Positions 18,241-28,185 of a stretch of 64,000 nt of DNA are shown here, piece by piece. The notes under the pieces are model-generated. The model was not told the origin of the DNA. It searched no databases and was given only the letters and a program-made list of their open reading frames with translations. This stretch comes from an uncultured Treponemataceae bacterium (GTDB lineage: Bacteria; Spirochaetota; Spirochaetia; Treponematales; Treponemataceae), in the NCBI GenBank assembly GCA_964372135.1, contig CAYJPS010000002.1, positions 1,979 to 65,978 of the forward strand, read 5' to 3'. Position numbers and translations under genes: made by a program. How positions within the stretch are numbered: the stretch's first letter is position 1; each line of letters opens with the position of its first letter.

Positions 18241-18361
18241 GAGGGGGAAAACCAAGCTACTTGCGAAGCGCAGTTTTTCCCCCTCAAACTCCCCCTATAG
18301 CTCGCTACGCTCCCTGCTCTAAGGGGTGTAGCAAGAGGGTTAAACGGGTCCTTGCACGCTG
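18241..18361. other. GC-rich structured intergenic element of unknown nature
   Basis: A 12-13 bp perfect inverted repeat gagggggaaaac / gtttttccccctc encloses 20 nt. It is followed by further G/C-rich self-complementary stretches (ctcccc..agggg, ccctgct..agcaagaggg) within otherwise AT-rich DNA. Confidence 0.4.
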
Positions 18362-18638
18362 TTTACTATAAATGAATTAAAACCACATAGAACTACCACT
18401 AATTCTATCTCATATTTACTCATCTATTTTAGTAATACTATTTGCCAATCTATTAAGTATTAATATCAAGGAAATCATGAATTGTAACAAAAAAAATTGA
18501 ATTTTTAGTAAATAGGTATTGTATTCCCAATATTTATATGTTATATTAGTATTATATTACTATAATTTACATAAAAATAAGTAATTATTTCCCATTATTT
18601 TTGTAATTATAGGGAATTAACTACCAAAGGAATGCTTT

Positions 18639-19850
18639 ATGATACCAAATTTGCTTATAGAATCAAAAAAATTTCTTGAAAGAAGTGGATTACCGTACAG
18701 AAGATACTTTATAAAAGGCGATAAAATTAAGCACCGTCTTACCATAATTACAGGCCAAAGAGGTGTTGGTAAAACGGTAACAATTGCCCAGTACATGAAA
18801 GAACAAAGTCATTTAAAATCTCTATATGTAAGCATGGACAGCTTTATTGTTGGTGATACAAGTATGTACGAAATAGCAGAGCAATTTGAAATGCATGGAG
18901 GAAAGCTTCTTTGTTTTGATGAAATTCACAAATATTCAAATTGGTCTCAAGAGTTAAAATCAATCTATGATAATTTTCCTAACCTTCAAATTCTTGCAAG
19001 CGGTAGCTCCGCACTAGAAATTAACAAAGGTGCATACGATTTAAGTAGGAGAGCGCATATTCTTAAAATGGAAGGTATGAGTTTTAAAGAGTTTTTAGAA
19101 TTGAGTCTAAACATAGAACTGCCTGAACTCACCCTTGAAGAGATACTAAAAAACCATGAAACCCTCGCATTTGACATTGTAAGCAGGCTTGAAAAACTTG
19201 ATAAAAAAGTACTTCCCCTTTTTAACAGGTATTGCAAAATTGGATATTATCCCTACTTTTTAAGTGTAAATGATGATAACATTTTTTTTGACATGTTACA
19301 AGAAAATATTAATGTATCAATTTCTAGTGATTTACTCTTTGTATATCCAAGTTTAGACGGCAATGCAATAAAAAAGCTAAAACTACTGGTGAGTATAATT
19401 ATGGAAAGTGTCCCCTTTGTACCTGTAATGGAAAAACTAAAAACATCTCTTGATGTGGGAGATGCAAGAACATTAAAAGAATACTTTTTAAAACTAGAAG
19501 ATGCAGGAATTATTAAACTTCTTATGAAGTCAAGCTCTAAAGGACTTGCAAAACTTGAAAAGCCTGAAAAAATTTATTTAAACAACACAAACCTCTTACA
19601 CATACGAAACGCAGAGATAGGCACAATTAGAGAAACTTTTTTCCTAAAAATGCTCAGCGTTGTAAGCACTGTTACCTATCCCAAAAAGGGCGACTTTTTA
19701 GTTGATAACAAGTATGTTTTTGAAATTGGTGGCAGAAACAAAAGTTTTGAGCAAATAAAAGACATTGAAAACAGTTTTCTTGCTCTTGGCGACATTGAAA
19801 TTGGTTATAGAAATAGGATACCTTTGTGGTTGTTTGGGTTTATGTATTAG
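18639..19850 (+). CDS. AAA-family ATPase (AAA_14 / DUF4143-type)
   Basis: Walker A ITGQRGVGKT, Walker B-like LLCFDEIHKY, then ILASGSSALEI. The size (403 aa) and C-terminal region are typical of this orphan ATPase family. Confidence 0.65.
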   Translation: MIPNLLIESKKFLERSGLPYRRYFIKGDKIKHRLTIITGQRGVGKTVTIAQYMKEQSHLKSLYVSMDSFIVGDTSMYEIAEQFEMHGGKLLCFDEIHKYSNWSQELKSIYDNFPNLQILASGSSALEINKGAYDLSRRAHILKMEGMSFKEFLELSLNIELPELTLEEILKNHETLAFDIVSRLEKLDKKVLPLFNRYCKIGYYPYFLSVNDDNIFFDMLQENINVSISSDLLFVYPSLDGNAIKKLKLLVSIIMESVPFVPVMEKLKTSLDVGDARTLKEYFLKLEDAGIIKLLMKSSSKGLAKLEKPEKIYLNNTNLLHIRNAEIGTIRETFFLKMLSVVSTVTYPKKGDFLVDNKYVFEIGGRNKSFEQIKDIENSFLALGDIEIGYRNRIPLWLFGFMY

Positions 19851-19873
19851 GGGTAATTAATTAATTCCCCCGC

Positions 19874-19902
19874 TTGCAAAAATCACACTATTAAGATATA
19901 CT
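19874..19902 (+). promoter_or_regulatory. sigma70-type promoter for the UPRT-like gene
   Basis: TTGCAA (19874-19879), 17 nt, TATACT (19897-19902). This one has a ~28-nt leader with a GGAG RBS. Confidence 0.55.
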
Positions 19903-19930
19903 AAAATTAAGAAATTACACAGGAGCCACT

Positions 19931-21004
19931 ATGAAAGACAATTCAAAAATAATACTAAAAGCAGAAGCACTTGACGGCTATTTAACAGAAAAAGATCAAG
20001 CTTATCTTTCAAAAATGGATAAACTCTATGATGAAACAATGGCTTCTTTTAAGATTATTGCTTCAGGTGGATTTGGATCAACCCTAGCACAAGAAGAAAA
20101 AAAGATTATTTCATCTTTTAACGAAATGGGCCAGTTTATGCAAGAAATTTGCAAAGAAGTTCCTGCACTTAAAGTTTTTTCATTTGAAACAGACCCTTCA
20201 GCCCATGCAGAAGCCTCTCGTGTAATAGCAAAACTACGCGACACCAGAACAGGCCACGATGAGTTTGTGTATTATACACAGAGAGCGTATGAAATGCTTT
20301 TTAGAATGGCGTATGCAGGAAATCAAACTGAAAACAAAAACTATCTTGTGGTAAAAACACCTGTAACCGTACCAGTACAAAACTATTCAGTTCATAAAAT
20401 ACCAGATATTGACTATAAAATTGAAAACACCGTAATGTGTGTTATGCTTAGAGGAGCCCTACTTCCTTCTATGATTATGTCAAAAGAATTTGAAGAATAT
20501 TCATCTCACGGATATGTGACACCTTTTGCATTATTTAAGATAAAGAGAGATGATACGAAAAAAGAATCAAATATGGAATACATATTAGATTTACAGAAGT
20601 CATTTTTTTCTTTAGAAGAACTCGATGGAAAAGATTTGGTTTTTGCTGATCCAATGAACGCAACAGGCGGCTCACTTGTAACAATTGTAAACTATTTATT
20701 AGAAAATGGTGTAAAACCAAAGTCAATTAAGTTTTTTAACGTAATTTCAGCCCTTAAGGGAAGTTTACGAATTGTTAGAGCCCTTGAAAACTGTACATGT
20801 TATACCTTATGGATGGATCCTGTTTTAAATGCTTCAGCGTATATTATGCCAGGCCTTGGAGATGCAGGAGATAGGCTTAATGGAGTTGATACAGAAGAGA
20901 ATCAGCGAAACATTATTCAATTAATTGCAGACTATGGTTCAAACATATCAGGGCTTTATCGCTCGCAATTAAACAAAATAGAGCAAACAGTTTTGGGTCA
21001 ATAA
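19931..21004 (+). CDS. uracil phosphoribosyltransferase-family protein with ~150-aa N-terminal extension
   Basis: The C-terminal part has the PRPP-binding loop [14 protein letters not shown] and the UPRT signature [15 protein letters not shown]. Confidence 0.65.
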   Translation: MKDNSKIILKAEALDGYLTEKDQAYLSKMDKLYDETMASFKIIASGGFGSTLAQEEKKIISSFNEMGQFMQEICKEVPALKVFSFETDPSAHAEASRVIAKLRDTRTGHDEFVYYTQRAYEMLFRMAYAGNQTENKNYLVVKTPVTVPVQNYSVHKIPDIDYKIENTVMCVMLRGALLPSMIMSKEFEEYSSHGYVTPFALFKIKRDDTKKESNMEYILDLQKSFFSLEELDGKDLVFADPMNATGGSLVTIVNYLLENGVKPKSIKFFNVISALKGSLRIVRALENCTCYTLWMDPVLNASAYIMPGLGDAGDRLNGVDTEENQRNIIQLIADYGSNISGLYRSQLNKIEQTVLGQ

Positions 21005-21618
21005 TGAAACCTATTGTTTCTTTGCTATGCGCATTTTTATATATCCTTATGTTTGCTTCCTGTGCAAGTTCAAGTAAGGTAAAGAATGATTTAATAGACA
21101 ACGAAAAATTACTTTCTGAATACGCACTTTTAGCACAGGAACATTCTAACTTAGGAGAACATGAAAAAGCGCTAGAACTTTTACTTGAGGCGGAAAGTCT
21201 TTCAAGCAAAAACAACGAATTAACATATATGATAGCTCGAACTGCAGCGCTTGCTAAACAATGGCCAATTGCTATAGAGCAGTATGAATTGCTCCTTAAG
21301 CAAGATTCAGAAAACCTATTACTACAAAAGTCTATTGCGTGGATTTATGCACAAAGCGGAGATATTAGCACTGCTGAAAACATGTACGAATCTTTATACG
21401 AAAAGCATAGTTATGATAAAGACATCTGTACTAATTACATCCTTGTGTTGGCTGCTAATAACAATCAAGAAAAGGCATTAAGCATTCTCACCGAATATGC
21501 TTCTATATACCCAGAAGAAGCAAATATTTCTGAACTTAGAGAAATAATAAACAGCAAAGAAAATTCAGAGGAACATCAATCTTCTAATGAAACAAATAAC
21601 GAAACCTCTATAGAGTAG
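21004..21618 (+). CDS. TPR-repeat lipoprotein
   Basis: [23 protein letters not shown] (lipobox FASC), followed by helical TPR-like repeats (A..Y..LL..D..N). The start overlaps the upstream stop (ATAATG). Confidence 0.55.
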   Translation: MKPIVSLLCAFLYILMFASCASSSKVKNDLIDNEKLLSEYALLAQEHSNLGEHEKALELLLEAESLSSKNNELTYMIARTAALAKQWPIAIEQYELLLKQDSENLLLQKSIAWIYAQSGDISTAENMYESLYEKHSYDKDICTNYILVLAANNNQEKALSILTEYASIYPEEANISELREIINSKENSEEHQSSNETNNETSIE

Positions 21619-23077
21619 AGTTAGAAACATACTGGCTGTATTTTTCAGGACTCACTCTAAAGGCAACAATAGGAACATCTTCTTCCATAAATGATCTAGC
21701 AACAGCCTGTGAAGCTTCTGTAATTATTCTACTTCCTGGAAGCATACGTAGTGCTCTTGTAGAAAGACCTATCCCAATTGATGTATCAGTAAGCTCTTCA
21801 TTACTTAAAAGCTCCGACAACAAACGGTATAATTCTTCAGTCAACAGCATTGATTGGTCTAAATTTACATCCAGCATAATTCCAGCAAAGCCATCAGCCT
21901 TATATTCAAATACAAGGTCACGATACTTGAAATAATTTAAAAGTAAGGTTGCTATCTTTTTTTTAATTGCTATATTGCTTTCTACACCTTTTACTTGTAT
22001 AAAAACTAAAGCGAGATCTTGCTCTGATGATGCAGCACGTCTCAACTCTGAATCTAAACGTGTTTCTAAGTATGATTCCCAGCCAATGCCCGTGGAATCT
22101 GAAAAAAGTCCTTTTGGATCATTTGACGGAGAAGCAGCAATAGCGTCTTCTTCTTCAACACTTGCATCATCCTTAGTTACAGTTACATTTTGTATATTTA
22201 CAGTCTCAGAAACTTCTTCTTTTTCACTTACAAGATTTGAATTATTAGCAGTTTCTTCATGCACATATTCTTCAACAAAATTTAGATCGTATCCTGCATC
22301 ATCATCATCAATTGCTTGCTCATGTTCTGATTCTCGTATTTCATCGTGAATTTCATCAACCGTATCTTTAACTTCACTTTCTTCTGATGATTCTTTTTCT
22401 GTTCCTACAAAAAAATTATCCCACGAACTTTCTGTTTCCTTAAAAACAACAGGTATTGTTTCACGCTGGTTTTCTACAGTTTCATTATACTTTTTGTATG
22501 AATCATTTTTAGGCCCAATACGCATAACTGCTGTCGATTGTGAATTTGACAAAGATGCATACACAATTATAACTACAAGAAACAATGTATATGCCAGAAT
22601 AATTAAAAAAGATACCCTTGCAGAATTGTATATATCTTCAGGGCGCAAAATGTAGCTTACCGCATTTAACACACTACTTGAACCACTTTGGCTTAAAATT
22701 GACATTGAATGCGTTTTTAACATTGGAGAAGAACTTAATAACATTGGCATATTATTTGTGTCAAATTGAATGACGTTGGAAGAAAGCGGATACGCAAAAA
22801 TTGGCGTATTATTTTCTGAAAAAATAACAGCACCTATGTATGAGTTTTGATCAACGGCATTTTTTACATTTTGATAATAGAGCTCAAAATCTTCCGCATC
22901 TTTCAAAGACATATAAGAATTGATGTCTGCTTGTTGAACAAACGCAGAAAACTCATTCTGAGATTGCTCTTCACCACGAATCATAGTTGCATAAATGGAA
23001 ACACCAAAGTAGACTATAGACAAAATGAATACTATTACCCCACTATATGCAACAAACTTGTATTTATTACCACCCAT
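21608..23077 (-). CDS. membrane protein with periplasmic loop, acidic linker and a possible degenerate GGDEF-like C-terminal domain
   Basis: Two TM helices (FVAYSGVIVFILSIVYFGV; FLIILAYTLFLVVIIVYASL). The C-terminus LALVFIQVKG...RDLVFEYKADGFAGIMLD...IGIGLS...ASQAVARS follows GGDEF-domain spacing but has ADGFA in place of GGDEF. Confidence 0.4.
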   Translation of the reverse strand: MGGNKYKFVAYSGVIVFILSIVYFGVSIYATMIRGEEQSQNEFSAFVQQADINSYMSLKDAEDFELYYQNVKNAVDQNSYIGAVIFSENNTPIFAYPLSSNVIQFDTNNMPMLLSSSPMLKTHSMSILSQSGSSSVLNAVSYILRPEDIYNSARVSFLIILAYTLFLVVIIVYASLSNSQSTAVMRIGPKNDSYKKYNETVENQRETIPVVFKETESSWDNFFVGTEKESSEESEVKDTVDEIHDEIRESEHEQAIDDDDAGYDLNFVEEYVHEETANNSNLVSEKEEVSETVNIQNVTVTKDDASVEEEDAIAASPSNDPKGLFSDSTGIGWESYLETRLDSELRRAASSEQDLALVFIQVKGVESNIAIKKKIATLLLNYFKYRDLVFEYKADGFAGIMLDVNLDQSMLLTEELYRLLSELLSNEELTDTSIGIGLSTRALRMLPGSRIITEASQAVARSFMEEDVPIVAFRVSPEKYSQYVSNSTL

Positions 23078-23097
23078 AATAACTCCAATATATTGTA

Positions 23098-23106
23098 ATT
23101 ATAACA
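23098..23106 (-). promoter_or_regulatory. possible extended -10 promoter for the 23077 CDS
   Basis: Minus strand TGt-TATAAT, with a ~20-nt leader containing TGGAG 5 nt before the ATG. Confidence 0.35.
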
Positions 23107-23113
23107 CTATTAT

Positions 23114-24607
23114 CTATTTATGTATAGTTGCATTTAAGCCAATTTCATAAATTTTTGTAGTTTTTAAGTCTTCTGGAAAATGCATTGCAAACCATGAAAT
23201 GTATGGTAATAGTGTGACAGCAAGTGCCTTTTTATCATTTGCATTTGGATTTTGTATGAGTTTTTTTAACTCATCACAATAATGCTCAACAAAACCCTCA
23301 GCTGGAAACGTACAGCTTTGTTTATGCGGCACAAAATCAGTTGCAAAGTTCTTTGAAACTACATTCCGTGTAGCAAAAAAATCGTCAAAATGTTTTTTGT
23401 AGTTTTGGAGAAGATGTGTCGTTTTTTCTCCCCCTACTGAAACAAGCTCTGTTCTAAACATTATTGAAGAGAATAAATTCTGGGTAGTACAAAGCTTAGT
23501 TGAACAAGCGTCAAATATCCTATCCATATAAATACCTTTTGCGTACATTTTTCCTTGAAGGTACGCAAAATCGCATCCTGCGCTTTCAATCTTCGTAAAG
23601 CCAGCTTGATTTGCAAAATTTAATGCAGCAAGGGTTACGGTACCTGCAGAACTACTGAATGTGGGAAAAAAACTTTTACTTGTTGCTTCTTCATACCAAT
23701 TGCTAATGTAGGAGCAAAGAGGATGTTCACTTTTAAAATAGCACAGAAGCCCTCCCTTATCCATAATACTCTTTGGCGCTATTGAATTGGCACATAAATC
23801 AAATGCAAATATTGTCGAAGCTTCTTTTTCACCCATATAATGGCTATACGATATGTGTTGTGCATCCACACTGATAACAACATCACACATAATTCCTTGC
23901 TCCCTTAGAGAGCTGTATGCAGTGTCAGTTGCAATAATAAAATATTTGTTTCTATTACTGTGAAGATTTGAATATGAAGTTTCTAAGCTTGGCCCAGCTC
24001 CTGCAATAAATGCTGTTTTATTAATAGGAAACGTTGTGTTATAAAAATCGATCAAGTTGTTATCACCGCATTGTTCACATATTTGTAAGTTTTGAAATAT
24101 ATTTCTATGCCACAGTTTTCCAAAGTGTGCTTGAACAGAAATATCTAATGAAATCTTTTCTAAAGTGCTTTTTACAATTGATTTTATTGATGAAAAATCA
24201 TCACCATTCACATCTACCCACGAACGAACAGGGTATAACGAAAAGTTTCCATCCAAGGGAGGATAGTACGAGTTTAATAATGTGAGCTCCAGCATGTCAA
24301 TTGTGCATAATATATAATCTGTTGAAATTTCTACACTATATTGAGATTTCAAAAAATCAATACTTTGGGAATTCTTTTCAACGACGATAATTTTATTGTT
24401 CGGAAAACGCTCTTTTACTTTTTGAACATGAATACCTGAAGTGTATCCTACAATGACTGTAAATCCTTCCTCAACCATTTGTGCAAATTGTTCGGCTTCT
24501 TTCGTGGGGTTGTATAAAGAACTTGCAGGCTTCTCACCTACGTAACAAGGAACCTTTTCACCAGTCTTTGCCGTTTTCCATGACTCATAACAAGAACTCA
24601 TACGCAT
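23114..24607 (-). CDS. motility-associated factor (Maf) / DUF115 MptE-like glycosyltransferase family protein
   Basis: The central motif KTAFIAGAGPSLE...YFIIATDTAYSSLREQGIMCDVVISVDAQH matches the Maf flagellin-glycosylation family core. It is paralogous to the upstream gene. Confidence 0.55.
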   Translation of the reverse strand: MRMSSCYESWKTAKTGEKVPCYVGEKPASSLYNPTKEAEQFAQMVEEGFTVIVGYTSGIHVQKVKERFPNNKIIVVEKNSQSIDFLKSQYSVEISTDYILCTIDMLELTLLNSYYPPLDGNFSLYPVRSWVDVNGDDFSSIKSIVKSTLEKISLDISVQAHFGKLWHRNIFQNLQICEQCGDNNLIDFYNTTFPINKTAFIAGAGPSLETSYSNLHSNRNKYFIIATDTAYSSLREQGIMCDVVISVDAQHISYSHYMGEKEASTIFAFDLCANSIAPKSIMDKGGLLCYFKSEHPLCSYISNWYEEATSKSFFPTFSSSAGTVTLAALNFANQAGFTKIESAGCDFAYLQGKMYAKGIYMDRIFDACSTKLCTTQNLFSSIMFRTELVSVGGEKTTHLLQNYKKHFDDFFATRNVVSKNFATDFVPHKQSCTFPAEGFVEHYCDELKKLIQNPNANDKKALAVTLLPYISWFAMHFPEDLKTTKIYEIGLNATIHK

Positions 24608-26148
24608 GCCGCCTCAACAATTTTGAAGCAAGCACTTAATGCTTCTTCTAGCTTTTCTTTGCAATCTTTTGACTGTGGATGTTTTTGTAATGCGAGCATT
24701 TCTGCAAGAGCGCAGTGTTCTAACCATTCATCACAAGGCGTCTCTTTTTGCATAGAAATAAATTTTTGCAAAAGTATTTTTCTACTTTTAGAATCCAAAA
24801 GAACCCTTTCATGCTTAAAGAAAATAGAGCTTTCATTATTTGAAGTACTATATGGAAAAGAAATACTTTCCCACGCAATGTCTTTTATATCGCCAAGAGT
24901 CTTAACATATTCGTCATTTGTCACTATCCTAAAAAATTTTTTTGAAAAGTCTTTGTTTCGAGTACTAAACCATTGACGATAGATATCCATCGGAGAAAGT
25001 TTTTCATTTCTATTTTGAAGCAAGGGCAAAGATATGCGAGATGACAAGGGCTTTAAGCGATAGTCATGAAGTGAATGAATTTTTTCATGCGCATTTGGCT
25101 GAGCATGTGAATATGTATTTCCAACAGATAAATCTAAACCAACCGAATAAACATTTTCGTCAGTTAAAGACAATGCAAAAACCGCTGCAGTTCCACTCAC
25201 AGTACCATTTCTCTCAGCATTCATTGCAGAAATATCGCAATATTTTAGCAGCCTTGCTTCTAAGCCGTCATTATACGTTAAGGGTATTATAGGGAACCTT
25301 TCCAGTATTTTTTTAGGAACATTTCCTTCTGCTGGAACGGCAAGAGGAATATGTATATTTCGCCTATGCAATTTTAGTAGAACATCTAAATGATTTTTTG
25401 CATAATATCCACCATCGGTCGAAATACACATATCGGGAATGATATCATTTTGAACCAAACATTCTAAAGCAGATGAAAGTGATATAACAAAAAATCTATC
25501 TTTGTATTCTTTTATGTGCCCAATAGATTTTTGTAATGTATAACCAGAAGCTATGAGAAGTATAGGTTTCTCGACTTTTTTTAACAACACACTGTTTTTT
25601 GTAAATATACAAAAATTAAACATATTTTTAAGCCATCTTTTAGAAAAATAGGACCTTGTTGCTAGTACATTATGTGTTTTTTGCAACAGCAAGCGTACTG
25701 TTTCCCATGCAATTATACTTTCATTGGAAAAATATGATGCGGCAGCTTTCCACTCAATTATGAGAGGAGCCGCTAGAACTATTTCGCCTAATTCTGAAAA
25801 AATTTCTTCGCAAAAGTTTTCTTTATGCGTAGAATGTGTGCATAAAAATGTTGCACTGCATTCATAGCTATTGTCTTTGAACGCTGTATATATTTCGTTG
25901 TTTTCACAAAAAAAAGAGTGATATTGCACATTATAGATTTGTGCATTTGGAAAGCGCATTTTTAAAAACGAGTTGCAATATGGAAGAGTACTCCCTAACA
26001 ATATTACACAAGAGGGTTCGTATGTACATTCAATTGATTCAACAAATTTTTCAGCTTCATTTTCAGGATTGTATGTAGAATGCAAAAAACGCCCATCAAC
26101 CGAACAGGTCACGCTAGCGTTTTTTGCGGTATCAAGGCGTATTTTCAT
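24598..26148 (-). CDS. motility-associated factor (Maf) / DUF115 family protein, second paralog
   Basis: PILLIASGYTLQKSI...FVISLSSALECLVQNDIIPDMCISTDGGYY has the same architecture with a degenerate G-x-G-P-S loop. It overlaps the downstream paralog by 10 nt. Confidence 0.5.
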   Translation of the reverse strand: MKIRLDTAKNASVTCSVDGRFLHSTYNPENEAEKFVESIECTYEPSCVILLGSTLPYCNSFLKMRFPNAQIYNVQYHSFFCENNEIYTAFKDNSYECSATFLCTHSTHKENFCEEIFSELGEIVLAAPLIIEWKAAASYFSNESIIAWETVRLLLQKTHNVLATRSYFSKRWLKNMFNFCIFTKNSVLLKKVEKPILLIASGYTLQKSIGHIKEYKDRFFVISLSSALECLVQNDIIPDMCISTDGGYYAKNHLDVLLKLHRRNIHIPLAVPAEGNVPKKILERFPIIPLTYNDGLEARLLKYCDISAMNAERNGTVSGTAAVFALSLTDENVYSVGLDLSVGNTYSHAQPNAHEKIHSLHDYRLKPLSSRISLPLLQNRNEKLSPMDIYRQWFSTRNKDFSKKFFRIVTNDEYVKTLGDIKDIAWESISFPYSTSNNESSIFFKHERVLLDSKSRKILLQKFISMQKETPCDEWLEHCALAEMLALQKHPQSKDCKEKLEEALSACFKIVEAACV

Positions 26149-26163
26149 ATCTGTACTATCTAT

Positions 26164-28044
26164 TTAAGCTATTCCCAAATCTGTAAATAATTTCTTATAT
26201 CTATCAAAATATTCAGATTGTGCAAATTCTGAAATCTTGTCTTCAGGCAAACTTTCAAGAAGTCGATCCATGTACGAAAGAACAGATTTTATTTCCTCTT
26301 GCATATTTCCACCAATGCTGCCACTTTCATTAATTGTAGTGCTTGAATCGTCTGCAATATCTGTTTCCCATTGATCACTGCTAAATACTGAGCTCACTGG
26401 ATCATTGATATCAGGTTCATAAAAACCGTCGACAATATCGCTGTCTTTTATATCATCAGATAACTCATCATCTGCTTCAATAAAATCTGAATCATCAATA
26501 ATAGTATCTTCATCAAGCGCTTCTTCCGCTGGGTCTTCTTGTAAGTGCTTCATTGAATCGTCTGAAATATCATCTTGCTCTTCTTCGTCATCAAAAAAGT
26601 TTACAGGAGATGAATCAACAACTAAGTCTTCAATTACAGGAACATCAATTTCATCAGGCAATGAATCCTCAGAATCAATGTCAAAATCAATGTCATCCAA
26701 ACTTGGTTCAACGAGTTCTTTATCTTCTATAACTAAATCATTATCTGAACTTGAAAAATAATCATCATCTAAAGAGTCAACATTGAATTCATCTTCATCG
26801 ATTACAGAATCATTATTCTCTTCTATTTCATTTGTAATAACTACTTCTTCGTTTACTTCTTTGTTTACTTCTTCACTTGCTTGACTTTCTTCTTCATGAG
26901 CTTCATCATCAATAGTAAAATCAGCACTTGTTAGAATGTTATTTAGCTCATCACCAGACAATGCAATTGTATCATCGCCTTCGTAATCGCTAAAGAATCC
27001 ACCCTCTGGTGTTGCTTCACCTTTTGCAGGCGCTTGCCCGCCGTCTGTTTTTATTTTTGCAAGTTCAGATTTGAACTGAGACATTTCTTGTCGTAAGTTA
27101 GATAGCTCTTCAACAATTTTGCTGAGCATATCATTTGAGTCTGAAACCTTAGCGCTGCTTTGCGCTTGAGTATCTTCTCTTGGCTCTATATTTATATCAA
27201 AGTCTTGCACACTTTCTTCTTCATCAAAGCTATCTGCATAAACTGTATTGTCAGTTGAAGAAGGGATGTCATCTAGAGATATTTCTTCGCCTAAGTTAAT
27301 TTCATCATTCTCTTCAATATCCATACTATAATCAGTTTCATCAATAATATCTTCAAATACAGTACTTTCGCTTGTATCTTCAAAGGAAACATCCATATCT
27401 ATTGGAGAATTATCTTCATCTTCTTTGATAGCTGATCCCTCTTCCATAAACTCATCAAATGATATATCCATGTCAGATGAATCATCAAAAACAGATAAAT
27501 CATCCTCACCAACATCAATGCTTGAAATACTTTGGCTAGAGTCTTCACCCATTAAATCAAAATCTGAATTTAGATCTGGATCAATGCCATCAGAATCATC
27601 AGATGCAACTTCTGTTGAAAAATCATCCATAGAGGTTGTATCACCAACTTCCATAAAGCTGTCAAAATCAACATCTAAACTATCACTTTCAGTACCATCA
27701 TCATCATCAATGCTCATTCCACTTGTAATGTTTAACAGTTCATCGGTTGTAAGTGTAGTGTTCTCTGATTCATCCTCTATAACTTCATCGTCTTTCATCT
27801 CAATGTCATCACCAAAACTTATGCCAACATCTTCATCTACATTTTCATCTTCAGAGAATATTTCTAAATTATTTGTATCAAAATCACTTTCATCCAAATC
27901 AAAATCATCACCGAAGTCTGTATCAGTTATTTGAGTCATTTCATCTGCACTATTTTCAGTTGGAGATTTTTTTACCCAAACTCCGTATTGTTCTAGTGTA
28001 TCATCGGTGTTTTCACCATCTAGTCTTTCGTGTTCTATTGACAT
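26164..28044 (-). CDS. extremely acidic (Asp/Glu/Ser-rich) protein with a short central coiled coil and a conserved-looking C-terminal helix bundle
   Basis: ~626 aa. I chose the start at ATG 28044, preceded by GGGAG. There are long runs of D/E/S with recurring D-x-D-F-D, a central LSKIVEELSNLRQEMSQFKSELAKIK, and a C-terminal SVLSYMDRLLESLPEDKISEFAQSEYFDRYKKLFTDLGI. Confidence 0.6.
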   Translation of the reverse strand: MSIEHERLDGENTDDTLEQYGVWVKKSPTENSADEMTQITDTDFGDDFDLDESDFDTNNLEIFSEDENVDEDVGISFGDDIEMKDDEVIEDESENTTLTTDELLNITSGMSIDDDDGTESDSLDVDFDSFMEVGDTTSMDDFSTEVASDDSDGIDPDLNSDFDLMGEDSSQSISSIDVGEDDLSVFDDSSDMDISFDEFMEEGSAIKEDEDNSPIDMDVSFEDTSESTVFEDIIDETDYSMDIEENDEINLGEEISLDDIPSSTDNTVYADSFDEEESVQDFDINIEPREDTQAQSSAKVSDSNDMLSKIVEELSNLRQEMSQFKSELAKIKTDGGQAPAKGEATPEGGFFSDYEGDDTIALSGDELNNILTSADFTIDDEAHEEESQASEEVNKEVNEEVVITNEIEENNDSVIDEDEFNVDSLDDDYFSSSDNDLVIEDKELVEPSLDDIDFDIDSEDSLPDEIDVPVIEDLVVDSSPVNFFDDEEEQDDISDDSMKHLQEDPAEEALDEDTIIDDSDFIEADDELSDDIKDSDIVDGFYEPDINDPVSSVFSSDQWETDIADDSSTTINESGSIGGNMQEEIKSVLSYMDRLLESLPEDKISEFAQSEYFDRYKKLFTDLGIA

Positions 28045-28185
28045 AACCACTCCCATGGTATAATTTACATACATTTATATATCGGCACATTTGTTAAAAT
28101 AATTTAACTAAAAAAGTTTCTCTAATTTTCATTATACACTCTTTTTCTATTCAAGAAAACCCTAAAAAAGCCGAAAATTGAAAAT

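Noticed and set aside
18639-19850. The orphan AAA ATPase could be part of a defence system.
   Set aside because: It is a single gene with no adjacent nuclease, methylase or effector ORF. This ATPase family (AAA_14/DUF4143-like) is commonly found alone. Only its island-like context is noted in the findings.
27425-27934. 169-aa Ser-rich ORF on the plus strand.
   Set aside because: It is the antisense shadow of the GAT/GAA-rich acidic gene. It has no start context and its composition is the mirror image of the real gene.
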